Part shown: piece by piece, positions 51,723 through 63,629 of the stretch
Layout: the number at the start of each line of letters is the position of its first letter
Position numbering within the stretch: position 1 is the stretch's first letter
NCBI GenBank assembly: GCA_951406725.2
Contig: OX597816.1
Location: 154,380,001-154,444,000, forward strand
Direction: 5' to 3'
From: Octopus vulgaris
Lineage: Eukaryota
DNA: 64,000 nt
The notes under the pieces: model-generated
What the model saw: only the letters and a program-made list of their open reading frames with translations
Database searches by the model: none
What the model was told of the DNA's origin: nothing
Translations under genes and position numbers: made by a program

Positions 51723-53674
51723 ATATGTGTATATAGTAACAATATAAGCATGTTACTAATCATCATGGCCCTTAGGAATTTTTTTTTGATATGCAGCATT
51801 TTTGGATTAGTCTTCATCACTTTGTTCTAAGTTTTCCTTGACTCCCTTCTTCCATGTGTTTCAATCTCTTTGAGAGCTCAACATTTATGTATACAACTGT
51901 CATTCTTCTCATACATCACATAACTGCAGCATCACAGTTTTCTTTCTTGTGTACTACATCTAATTCCTCAAGGTACAAGAAGGTGAATAGAAGTACATGA
52001 GAATAGAAAAGGAAAAGTGGGTAGTTAGCGGTTGCAAGAGTGTATGGGGTGAGGGATAGTTAGAGGTAGAGTTGGGGTGAATATAATGAATGATCAACAA
52101 GGGTTGAGATGTGGTCAGTAAGTTGGAAGGAAGGTAGCAAGAGTACATAATGACTATAAAGATTAGGGAGAGTTAACAGGTAGATGTAAATAATGGAAAA
52201 GTGTAGAGGAATGATCAGTGATACATATGAGTTGATACACAAATATGTACATATACATGTATATCACCACCACCACCACCACCACCACTGTGGGCTGGAT
52301 TCCCATGTGTACTAAAGCCCATTTCTTTTCAGTTATGGGGGCTTATATTCCCTAATATTAGAGTACTTTTCTGTAGACATATATGGTGAAGGCTCATAAT
52401 TCCTTTTACAAAATTTCCCTCATTACCATTTCCTAATTAAGGTAGAATTTGCACATCATTACATATTTACTCCTATGAGATCATAATTACTAAATTTAGC
52501 TGGAAATAAAAAAGAAAAAGGGTGGGTATGTTTGTGTAATCAGTGTAATCAGTCAGCACAATTATAGAAAAAAAGATAAGAGGTTTTGGTTCATTTCCTA
52601 TGCATACTAATTCCCATTTTAATCTGTTACGGGGGCTTATACACCCTATTATTAGACTATTTTCTATAGTTGGTATACAGAGAAGGCTCTTAACTTTATC
52701 TACAAAATACATGTATATTTTATAAATATATATACATATATTTACAAAAGAAAAGTTATACTGATTTCACCTTCTCTTAGCAAAATATATTTGAAATCAT
52801 AAAGAGAAAACATTGAACTGGGACAAGAAAAGAATGAAAAAGATCATTTGCATTCAGTCCCAATTTCTAAAATCTAATTACAGCCAAGTATTTCTTTTTT
52901 GAATCACAACAGGTAAAACATGAAGAGACTGAGTAGTGAACAGTAAAAAGGTGATGAAGAGGAACAAGAGCATAGGCATGTCAGAAGTAGTGTTTGTCCA
53001 ACACTACCAAAGTTTATAAACTTAATAAAATCACTGAGTTCATAGCTACTGTGATTCACAAACACAGCACACTTGTATATTAAGATATGTCTTTATTTCA
53101 AATGTGTATTTTCTGGCATACAGGTCAATGAAGTATGCGTAAAAATGTCATGTAAACATGAAGTGTTTATACTACATTATTAATATATTTTCAAATAATG
53201 CTGCATTTCACCTGGAGTTTTTGGTCCTCTACATTTGTCATAGTGTATAAGTTGACCTATCTCTTTTGGTTGTAAATTTTAGTTAGAAAATTTCAATTTG
53301 TATGCTGGAAAATACATTAAACAGGCAAGTCAATATGATTGTTGTTCCACTTCATGATGTTAAGATGGAATCTTAAGTTATTAAAATGGAGTTGTTCCAA
53401 ATTTATTGGAAAAATGTGACCTGTTTTTCAAATTTTTTACTGTTAATTTTATTAAAAATCTTATATAATCTTATCATTTATTAATTTATATAACTCTGTA
53501 TAGCATAATGTTACTAAATCTATAAAAAATACATTTATAAAGATCTACTTTCAAAATTGTATACCTCAGCACTATGGGGTTTTGTTAAATCATTGTCAGT
53601 GATTTGAGTATCTTTTGTATTGTACAATTGTATGCCAATGACTTCTATTTTCCTGTTTGTATTGCCCAGCCTAG

Positions 53675-53717
<43 letters not shown>

Positions 53718-54025
53718 CGTGTGTGTGTGTGTGTGTATACGTGTGTGTGTGTGTGGGCACACATGTGCTTGCATATTTGTATATATATATATATATGTCT
53801 GTATATTAATAAATTTTAGGGTAGCAAAAAATTCTAGAAAAATTCTCCACTACCAGCGGTCAAGTGAGAATGAAAAAATAGTCAATAGACTATATAATAT
53901 ACATTCAAACATATAAGGGATGGCCATAATAGGACATCCGACTCACTAGAAAGAGCAGCCAAACTCCAAACCACTAATAGTTGTAATTCTGAAATGGAAA
54001 GAGAAATAAAAACGTTTACCCTCTC

Positions 54026-54117
54026 CTTTCTGGACTATGCATAGTTTCGGCAATCTTTTGTAAATAAATAAATTTAATTAATTTATTTACCACTGGCGTT
54101 GCCTCGTCAGCAGAAAA
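54026..54117 (-). ncRNA. Hammerhead ribozyme motif (canonical core)
   Basis: ttttctg CTGACGA ggcaa...ttgcc GAAAC tatgcata GTC cagaaag. Confidence 0.8.
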
Positions 54118-54402
54118 GCCAAGGACTAACATATATCCACGAGGCGATGATAAACATGCCACGAGTCTATATGCTATAAATTTTCAAAACCCACCACGCT
54201 CGCGTGGTTTACTCAGCAGTAAATATAAACTGCCAATTTAATTTCAAAATTAGCCAAAAAATCATTAATTAATTGAAATTAAATTGGCAGTTTATATTTA
54301 CTGCTGAGTAAACTGCGCGAGCGTGGTGGATTTTGAAAATTTATAGCATATAGACTCGAGGCATGTTTATCATCGCCTCGTGGATATATGTTAGTCCTTG
54401 GC

Positions 54403-54494
54403 TTTTCTGCTGATGAGGTAATGCCAGTGGTAAATAAATTAATTAAATTAATTTATTTACAAAAGATTGCCGAAACTATGCATAGTCCAGAAAG
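54403..54494 (+). ncRNA. Hammerhead ribozyme motif (canonical core)
   Basis: ttttctg CTGATGA ggtaat...attgcc GAAAC tatgcata GTC cagaaag. Confidence 0.82.
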
Positions 54495-54928
54495 GAGAGG
54501 GTAAGCGTTTTTATTTCTCTTTCCATTTCAGAATTACAACTATTAGTGGTTCGGAGTTTGGCTGCTCTTTCTAGTGAGTCGGATGTCCTATTATGGCCAT
54601 CCCTTATATGTTTGAATGTATATGTCTGTATATTTATGTATGTGTGTGTGTATATATATATGTGTGTGTGTTTGTGTGTGTATGCACATATGTATCCATA
54701 TACATACATGTATGTATGTGTATATGCATATATATTAATCAATCATCATTTAACGTCCATTGCCCATGCTTGCATGGGTTGGACGGTTTGACCAGTGCTT
54801 GCAAGTTTGGAGGCTGCACCAGACTCCAGTCAGGTTTGGCATGCTTTCTACAGCTAGATACCCTTCCTAATGCTATATATATATATATATATATATATAA
54901 TTGTTAAAGACCTGTTATATTAAATTGT

Positions 54929-54953
<25 letters not shown>

Positions 54954-54960
<7 letters not shown>

Positions 54961-55088
54961 ATTGTTAAAGAGGACAACAAACATTAGGGAAGGCAAACAT
55001 CTTAAGCTGTATACAATAATAATATTGTATATAACTTGAGATATTTGCCTCGCCTTAATGTTTACTGTCCTCTTTAACAATTATATAT
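54954..55088. repeat. Inverted repeat (~65-bp arms) next to (AT)n
   Basis: atataattgttaaagaggaca... / ...tgtcctctttaacaattatat. Confidence 0.8.
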
Positions 55089-55295
55089 CCACTGCATCAG
55101 AAATTTGCAATGATTTCATAACTACTGTCTTGCCTATAACCATGGAGCCCTAGTAATCTGTTACAGCATTTACAGCATTTACCTACCATACCTAATTGTT
55201 TAGATCACCTGTGAACTAAACTGTCATACTTTGTATGTATGTATGTATGTATGTATGTATGTATGTATGTATGTATGTATCTATCTATCTATCTG

Positions 55296-55511
55296 TAGAA
55301 ACGTTAGTGCGCCGGGCGAAATGCTTAGCAGTATTTCGTCTGCTGCTATGTTCTGAGTTCAAATTCCGCCGAGGTCGACTTTGCCTTTCATCCTTTCAGG
55401 GTCGATAAATAAAGTACCAGTTTCGCACTGGGGTCGATGTAATCGACTTAATCCCTTTGTCTGTCCTTGTTTGTCCCTTCTATATTTAGCCCCTTGTGGG
55501 TAGTAAAGAAA
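55296..55511 (+). mobile_element. Third SINE family with Nin-like central domain
   Basis: Box B-like gagttcaaattcc, then gactttgcctttcatcctttc.gggtcgataaa..aagtaccag, which I recall as the Nin-domain motif. Decayed copies at ~18895-19030, 43860-44290 and 58270-58420. Confidence 0.75.
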
Positions 55512-56513
55512 TATATATCTATATATACATATATATAGAGAGAGATGTATATATGTATCTCTTATCTATATGCATTTCTCATCTCTTAATCACTCCCACC
55601 TTTTTTTCTCACAGTCTTATGATTAAAGATAGCAGTGGATCTCTCTGTTTGCTGTACACTTCTTCCAGTCAAGATGCCACTGAACCTATTCTAAGGTTCT
55701 CCTCATCACTCATTTATGAAGTTCTCTAGTACAGGACCTACCTACTTTCCCTCCACCAAGCCACCATTTTCATTACTCAACCTTGACAGTCTATTTAATT
55801 TCCTATGTTTAGGTGGCTACAATGGACAGTGTATACCCAGTTTCCTCTACTTTCATTCTCCCTTCTTGTAGTGTCTGTCATTGCTCTACCCTTTGGATTA
55901 CATAAACTTTTGTCATCTCCCTGTCATCTATGCTTTCAATATTCATATTTATCTCAAAATACTGAGTATTCCTATCACATGTCCCTCTCATCACTATTAT
56001 TCATGCCTTTATCACTCATGCCCCTCTGTAAAGAGATGAACATTTGAGTAGAAATGTGGGGTTGCAAGATTTCTTTAGTCACAACAAAGACATAGTTACC
56101 TCTTTAGTACTGCTGTCATGAAAAATGTACCTGATACCCTTCGTAAAGTGTAAGGTCATCAGGACCTTTTAGTCCTGTTGCAGACATAACATCTCTCTGG
56201 TGCTGATGGCATGACTAAAGTACCCAGTGCATTCTGTAAAGTGATTGGCACTAGGAAGTATATCCAGCTATAGAAATCAAGTCAAAATAATATTTGAGTT
56301 ATATGAGCAGACCTGTCCAACTGATCCCAGCATGGACAGTGGATGTAAAGTGATGATAATGAGTGTATTTGTGTGTGAGCATGTTTGTTTGGGTGTATGT
56401 GTGTGCTTATTTGTGTGTTTGTGTGTTTGTGTGTCTCTGTGTGTGTGTGTGTGTGTGTGTGGGTGTGTATGTTTTATGAAAAATGTAACCAGTAATAAAG
56501 CCCATTTTAATAC

Positions 56514-57644
56514 TGTGGTATGAGGGAACTGTATTGTGGAGAAATAAGATACAGTTCACTTATAGTGCCCTACTCGTACCACCTAATGTTAGCAGCTGCT
56601 ACTATCAATCCTGATAGCTCGCTCCACTGATGTCCATTCTCAGTGACTGCAGCAGACTGAAAAAGGATGACCCTTATTTTCTTCCCTCACTTCCTCTCTC
56701 CAGCTTCCTGTTTTGGTCAGGCTCCTTGAAGGTTGATGTCACAACCCTTTCCTTCCAGCTCATCTCATCCCCACACACTCTCCCTGATCTCAAAGATCAC
56801 CTCCTCACTCCACTCCAATTCAAAATCTGCCATCCACCTGGGTGGACGTCTCATACACTGGGATCTCTGTAGAGAGGGAGCCTTGTCCTATGAAGCGACA
56901 GTTCTGCTAACATCCAAGATGTAATGTGGCATTCCATCCACAGAAATGTCACTGTTCCTCTGTTCCATTGAGATGTGCAATGTGCCTTCAGGAGCTTCAC
57001 CCAGACTTCATTGCCCACCTGCATGAAGGCAGACCCTCTCTCTTCCACAAGGCATTCTAATGGTTTATTCGGATGCTGCCATTCATATCTGAATATCACT
57101 CTGTGTGGTACAAACTCTTCAGCCTGTCCTGATCAGGGCAACATGTACTATAATACTGCATCCTGCAGTGAGATGTACCCCTTCTCTACTATGCCCTTGA
57201 TCTTATGGATCCAGGCAACTAAATTTCCTTCACCATAGAAAGGTCTGACAGCATTGCTGCTGATTCTTATCTGCACTGCCATCTCCTGGAAGGGGACAAC
57301 AATGATGGCAAAATATATTTATGCATGAGAGCCAAAATAGCTTGTAGTGTGAGGGAACTGTAATGTGGGGAAATATAAAACAGTTCACCTACTTTTCACT
57401 GTTGGCTGCCCAGCTGTGCTAAGTCCAAATACGTGCCCTACCCATATCACCTAATGTTAGCAGGTGCTACTATCAATCCCACTAGCTTGCTCCACTGACA
57501 TCCATTCATGATGACTGCAGCAAGCTGTAAAAGGATGACCCTGGTCTTGCTTCCCTCCCTTCCTCTCTCCTCCTTCCTGTTCTGCTCAGGCCCCTTGACC
57601 ACTGATGTCACAGTTCTTTCCTTCCAGCTCATCTCATCCCCACA
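56514..57644 (-). mobile_element. Internally deleted Gypsy-type LTR retrotransposon (TRIM-sized)
   Basis: LTRs 56514-56775 and 57343-57644, both TG...CA. 5-bp TSD AATAC at 56509-56513 and 57645-57649. Purine tract agggagagtg before the 3' LTR. Gag-like VRPFYGEGNLVAWIHKI is fused to an integrase-tail-like FRYEWQHP...VGNEVWVK. Confidence 0.9.
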
Positions 57645-58859
57645 AATACAGAATCCAGAATTCTAGAAGGCTGTACTTAAGGGCTTCAGTGGTGGTAGGA
57701 TCTTCACCTTGGTTCGGTCATTGAGAGAAAAACTTTAGAGAATTTTGCTTGTCATATCCTTTCTTCTGAAATGATTTTGCTAATGTGATAAGTGAACATA
57801 GTATCATTAGTCATCATGAGCTGGAGAACTCTAAATGAAGTCATTTACTTTTCAATAATATTGTCAGAGAATTTTTTCCTTAGCAATGTTGTATGGCTAA
57901 AGACTGAATATGTTTGAGAAGTTATTTCAACAATTACTTCTGCTAAATCTTCCAGGTCTTTTGTTATTGTAGTTAAATCTTGAAGGTTGAAAAGTTTTTT
58001 TTTTTGATGAAATATGAAAAAAATGTTTAGAGTTAGCAATATTAATACTCTCAGATAACATGTGTGAGTATTTGTGAAGAATGCTCTGTTTACCTTTGCA
58101 ATTATTCAATATTGAGCATCATTTTAACTATTTGACCCCCAATTGTTGACTTACTCTTGTTCTTTTATGTTGATTTTGATTAGCTCCCAGTCCTGAATGA
58201 CATCATCAAATGTCAAATTCAAATGTCACTGATTATTTATTAATATCTGTATTAAACAAAAGTTGAAGCACTGAAACATTGGGCTAAGAGGCATTCTATA
58301 TATAGTTCATATTTAGTTCTGATTCCAAATGTTTTGATTTCAAATCCTTCTGGTCTTGACCTTGCTTGTGATCCCATTTATTAGATCAATGAAGTAAGTA
58401 TAAGCCATGCACAAGGCTCAGTTCCAGAAACAAAACTCTTCCCTGACAAACTTGATTCATTGTACCTCTTTATGTTTGTAATGAAAGAGATAAAAGAATA
58501 AGTCCAAGTAATAGGAGAGAAGGCAGTGACTTTATGTGAGATGCTGATAGAAATTATTTAAATTTAAATATATTTTACAAGGAATCTAGAGTTAAAAAAA
58601 AAGAGGAAACAAACAAACAAAATATACAATCACCTATCTCCTTTATGCATGATTGCTAAAATATTTGATAGAGGGAGAGAACATATTTAGCTGCATTCTA
58701 TGTAGTAACTTTAGAAAAAATTCTTAAAAAATGAAGTTCATCATCATCATCATCATCATTTTAAAAAATCCCTGTAAAACAGTTGCAAGAAAATTAAGTT
58801 AAATATATGAAGAATAACTTTGATGCTCCACAATTCTCAATTAATATATTGAGAATCAA

Positions 58860-59160
58860 GACACATACATAGCTCAAAAGTAAGGCTAACAGAAAGACTA
58901 ATAGTGATTATCTCAGGTTTGTCTTGCAAAAAAGAAGTAAATTCTTGACTGTATGGCCATATTTAAGATGCAACTGGTGTGCCACAAGCAAATGCAATTC
59001 ATGAAACAACCCAAGAATGTTACATTGAAGAAAGTATTATGAGTTTTGTTTATGATATCACAAGCTCATATTCTGGTTTACATCACAGTGCTTGTAAGTT
59101 TCTGGTGGTACAGCTTAAAAGAAAAGGTTTTGGATCACCTGTTGGCAATACCTTTAATAG
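58860..59160 (+). pseudogene. DNA transposase relic (probably hAT superfamily)
   Basis: ERLIVIISG...ATGVPQANAIHET...IMSFVYDITSSYSGLHHSACKFL resembles the GTGxAQA...FDTTASNTG...GAC pattern. Confidence 0.55.
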
Positions 59161-60024
59161 ATTGTTTTAAATAGTGTGCATTCAACTATTTTATAGAGTA
59201 ACATCTCCAAAATGTCAATAATTTTTTGGATTAAGTTGGAAAACAGGTAAATTGAAATTGTAATGAGTGATGCCTATATGTTGTAGCAGTAAATATATAT
59301 TCTATTATGTCAAGATTGTTCCCATAAATTAAAAATAAAATATATAGTTATGTTTTAATAGGTCCATTGCCACAAAACTAATTTGGTATTTACTGGTACA
59401 ATGTAAAAAGCTCCCATGTTGGTGCCACCTAAAATGCATTTGCACTTGTACCACATAAAAATCACCTGTGCTGGTGCCATGTGAAATGCACCCAGTATAT
59501 CCTGTAAAGTGGTTTGTGTTGGGAAGGGTATTCAGCCCTCTATGCCACAACAGACAATTGGAGCCAGGTGAAGTTCTCAAGCTTGCCAGCTTCTGTCAGA
59601 CTGTTCAAACCATGCCAGCATAGAGAATGGACGTTAAATGATGATGATCATAATGATACCTCTAGGTGGTGGTAATACCTTGTTCACATTCATGAAAAAT
59701 TGTTTGATTATTTTTTTTTTTATTAAACTTAATGATTATTTTATAAAACATAATAGGCATATATCAATGAAATTGTCATTTTTCTTTCTGCACAAAATGA
59801 AACAAACAGAAAAAAAATGATGAGGTTATAAGGCCAAGAAGTTGAAAAACACTGATGTGAAACCTTGCCCCACCCTGCTGTGGATCTATATACTGATAAA
59901 TTAATCTGATATTTGACATGTATATCACCAGATAAAAAATAGAGCAACTTAAATTTTAAATTTAAAAAAAATAATATACTTAATACATGCATACATACAT
60001 ACTTACATACATACACACACACAT

Positions 60025-60223
60025 ACCTAACTATGCTCCATCCCAAATAATTGTCTATGTAGGTGTATCAGTGTATATGTATGAGGTGTATGTATGAATG
60101 TGTGTATATGTAAAGGGTAATATGTATGGGTATATACATAAATATATAAATGTATATACTCAGACACTCATACGCACTCATGCACCTACATAGACAATTA
60201 TTTGGGATGAAGCATAGCTAGGT
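60025..60223. repeat. Inverted duplication (~48-bp arms) overlapping a SINE 5' end
   Basis: acctaactatgctccatcccaaataattgtctatgtaggtg is mirrored at 60183-60223. Confidence 0.8.
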
Positions 60224-60703
60224 TGTCAAGAAGTTTCACTGATAACCACATGGTTCTGAATTTAATCTCACATTGCTGCACCTTGAGCAAATGATTTCTA
60301 TTAAGATCTTGCGAGTAAAATCTGTTAGAGGGAAACTGTTCCGTTTATTTCTGCAAATTTGCTTGAGTGGGATGGTGTTTCGCTATGTCATTGTTTTAAA
60401 TCCTTACTGTTAACCACTCAATTCAGAAGTAGGAGTGTTTTTCATTTTCTGACACAAAGTGGAACACTATTTAAATGCTAGGGCTCAAGAGGATAACAAA
60501 ATATCAGCAGTAAGGTTTTAGTTTATGTTCACATGATTGGCAGTTCAACCAATCTAATCTCAAAGGCAAGGTGTTATGAGATAATGCAATTAAATTACCT
60601 AAATATTAATGAGGCATATGTATATTGAGTTCTAACACCAAGTCATTAGTATTGCTATGAATAATATAATATAATATAATATAATATAATATAATATAAT
60701 ATA

Positions 60704-60749
<46 letters not shown>

Positions 60750-60750
<1 letters not shown>

Positions 60751-61452
60751 TTGGTAGAGCATAAATCTGAAAAAGAAGCACATTCTAAGATACAGAGACG
60801 TATATAATATAAATAAAGTTAGATAAGGCCAGTTTATGGGATTGCCCTGGGTTTCACATCCATAAAGCATTTAGTTTTACGGCATATCATCAGATCCCAA
60901 AACCTGTTGGCTTAAGGCTGCTCTAGAATATGGAAGAGGAAAGGATCTTACTACTCAATGTCAACAACGAGGTTTGTCTCCCTTCAGCTATTGATTACTA
61001 GTGACCCTGTTATCCTGTGGGTTTCAATAGGCCAGCAGGAATTTCCTGAAATGCAAGCATGGTCCGAAGAGCTCTGTTATGAAGTTAAGGATATTCCTTG
61101 GATCGAGGGAGTCCTTTAGCATCTATGCCCTTTCTGCTATGCATAGTTTATAGCGCTTGATCCTATTTATGTAGGGCCTGAATTTTCTAGGATTCTTCAT
61201 GATATTGTGTGTGGAATTTCGTCATCTTTCAGCTGCCATATATGGCTGGCTAATGACGTAACATATCTCCTTTCTGGTATCCTGAAGGAGGGTCTGTGGT
61301 TGGAGAGGTGTTGTTTGAACGTGCTTTCAGAGCAGCCAATATATCGCCAACAGGTTTTGGGATCTGATGATATGCTGTAAAGCTAAACACTTTATGGACG
61401 TGAAACCCAGTGTAATCTCAAAAAACTGGCCTTATCTAACTTTATTTATATA
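60750..61452 (-). mobile_element. Penelope-like element 3' fragment (GIY-YIG) flanked by inverted pLTRs
   Basis: From 61346 on minus: RYIGCSESTFKQHLSNHRPSF...TSLASHIWQLK...KLCIAER...LNFITELFGPCLHFRKFLL. Arms 60807-60911 and 61346-61452. Confidence 0.9.
61356..61422 (+). ncRNA. Hammerhead motif in inverted pLTR
   Basis: tttgggat CTGATGA ... GAAAC ccagt GTA atctcaaa, with an 8-bp stem I; the base of stem II is irregular. Confidence 0.65.
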
Positions 61453-61464
61453 TATATAATACAT

Positions 61465-62350
61465 TAGGTAGAGCATTGATGTGCTTTGATTCTTAAGGAT
61501 CCTTATAACTAAATAATACATATCTATGTGTGTATATACATATTAATTGAAGTGTACAGCATTATATATCCATCATGGCTGATCTTACTAATCAGTTTCG
61601 CACTGGGGAGTCAATGGAGTGTTAGGTAACAGTCCGATTATGTAACCCTATGCTCTTCAGAAATGGCAGTTATGGAATGAAATAAGGTGACTGCTCTTTA
61701 TTATTGTGGGTAAACAGACATCCAATTTGGGGTTGCTGTGAAGAAGATGATAAAACACAGGTTAAGTTAAGAGTTATGTCCCTTAGCACCAAAAAACATC
61801 TTTGGGGATGTAGCAAGTCAGCAAGAGTTTTCTGGAAAAGGGTTTATGGGAAATGCATGTATCTTTGAGGTTGGTGCTCTTGTAGAAATGGAATGTGTGT
61901 AGTGGTACTCTGTGTATAGTGTTTGCAGGGTGGTGTTCAAAGGCCACATACACATCTGTGTTCATTAGTGTGTTTTCTTTCTTTTATGTTTTGGTTAAAT
62001 TCTTGGGGCATTTATATATGCATGTGGTGTGTGTAGGAGTACAATAAGTGTGGAAAATGGTCTATTGGGTGGATGTCTGTCTCTCAGGATGTTGAAAGAG
62101 GACTTGTGGTTGTTATAACAGGTTCTGAAGGAGCCTTCAGTTACTCTCATGCATTTTTTCATGTTTGGTTGCCCATTTGTCCTATCGTTGTTACTACTGC
62201 TTTCTATATGACGGTTGCTGTATTACAGTGGCTGTTCAGTGGACATGTTGTGTTACACCTACATATGCATCAAGCCTCTGTCTCCAGTGTGGGCACACCT
62301 ACCAAAATCTCTTTTACATTGGGCGCACTGCTAAACACTTCTTCAATGTA
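61465..62350 (-). mobile_element. Second Penelope-like relic with pLTR
   Basis: Minus ~62350-62050: CRCNTTCPLNSHCNTATVI.KAVV...VTEGSFRTCYNNHKSSF. Possible RT C-terminal relic at 61783-61965. Confidence 0.7.
61582..61664 (-). ncRNA. Hammerhead ribozyme motif (canonical core)
   Basis: attt CTGAAGA gcat...gtgc GAAAC tgatta GTA agat. Confidence 0.7.
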
Positions 62351-62917
62351 GCAATGAGCACTTTTGACAGTGCTGATATATGTGACCTCATCTGCACTCA
62401 TACCGGTGCCATGTAAATGCACCTGTGCCATAAAAACACCCAGTACACTCTGTAAAGGGGTTTATGTTAGGAAGAGCATCCAGCCATAGGAACTATGCAA
62501 AGACAGACACGTAGCCTGGGCAGCTCTTGTCAAACCATCCAGCCCACACCAGCATGGTAAACAGATGTTTAATGATGATGATGAATATGATATTGGCCTT
62601 GCTCACCAGTGGTAGCAATGGCAAGTGTTCTAGTTAATATGATCAACCAAGCAGCCTGCTCATGAAACTAATGTGCAAGTGGCTGAGCATTCCACAGATA
62701 TGCATACTCTTAATGTAGTTCTCTGGGAGATTCAGTGTGACACAGAAAGTGACAAGGCTGCCCCTTTGAATTACAGGCATAACTCGTTTTTGCTAGTTGA
62801 GTGGACTGGAGCAACCATGAAATAAAATATCTTGCTCAAGGTCCCAACATGCTGCTGGATATCGAACACATGGCCTTATGATCATGAGCTGAATAACTAG
62901 CTACTAAACCATGTGCC

Positions 62918-62919
<2 letters not shown>

Positions 62920-62972
<53 letters not shown>

Positions 62973-62979
62973 ACACACA

Positions 62980-63031
<52 letters not shown>

Positions 63032-63064
63032 CACACAGACACAGACACAGACACACACACACAC
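62920..63064. repeat. (CA)n microsatellite
   Basis: Direct observation. Confidence 0.95.
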
Positions 63065-63309
63065 GCATACACATGATATAATATACATGATATAATATAT
63101 GCATGTATATCTGTGTATCTTGTGTGTACAGTTAGATGTAAGATGACTATTGTATAAGTTAGAGCTCCATGCAGACTATCACTTTTGCAGTCAGCTTCCA
63201 GTATAATGTTTAGTTGAACATGTACTTAGCAGTGTTATGTATGTGTGTATGTGTGTATATATGTGTATGTATGTGTTTATATGTATGCATATAAATGTAT
63301 ATGTATGTA

Positions 63310-63615
63310 TCATCCTCATCATCATTTAATGTCCGTTTTTCATGCTAGCATGGGTTGGACAGTTTGACCAGGGTCTGGTAAGCCATGGAGGCTGCACCAG
63401 GCTCAAGTATGCTCTGGCAGTGTTTCTACAGCTGGATGCCCTTCCTAATGCCAACCACTCAGTGAGTGTAGTGGGTGCTTTTTATGTGCCACCGGTATGG
63501 GTATCACAACTACAATTTCCATTTGATTTTCATTTTGATGTTGATGTACTTGACTCAGTAGGTCTCCTCAAGCATAGCAGGTCGCCCTACGATCCAAGGT
63601 ACTTTTGAATGGACT
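63310..63615 (-). mobile_element. RTE 3'UTR
   Basis: (CAT)n and ctggatgcccttcctaatgccaaccactc; matches 34763-35225. Confidence 0.8.
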
Positions 63616-63629
63616 ATATATATATATAA

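Larger units (their letters stand above)
53897..54623. mobile_element. Large palindromic pLTR-like element (~350-bp arms) with two hammerheads
   Basis: Arms 53897-54247 and 54273-54623, 25-bp spacer, few mismatches. Confidence 0.88.

Noticed and set aside
57700-58039. Possible minus-strand exons
   Set aside because: Splice sites are mediocre, the downstream candidate has stops in all three frames, and the peptide is not recognisable.
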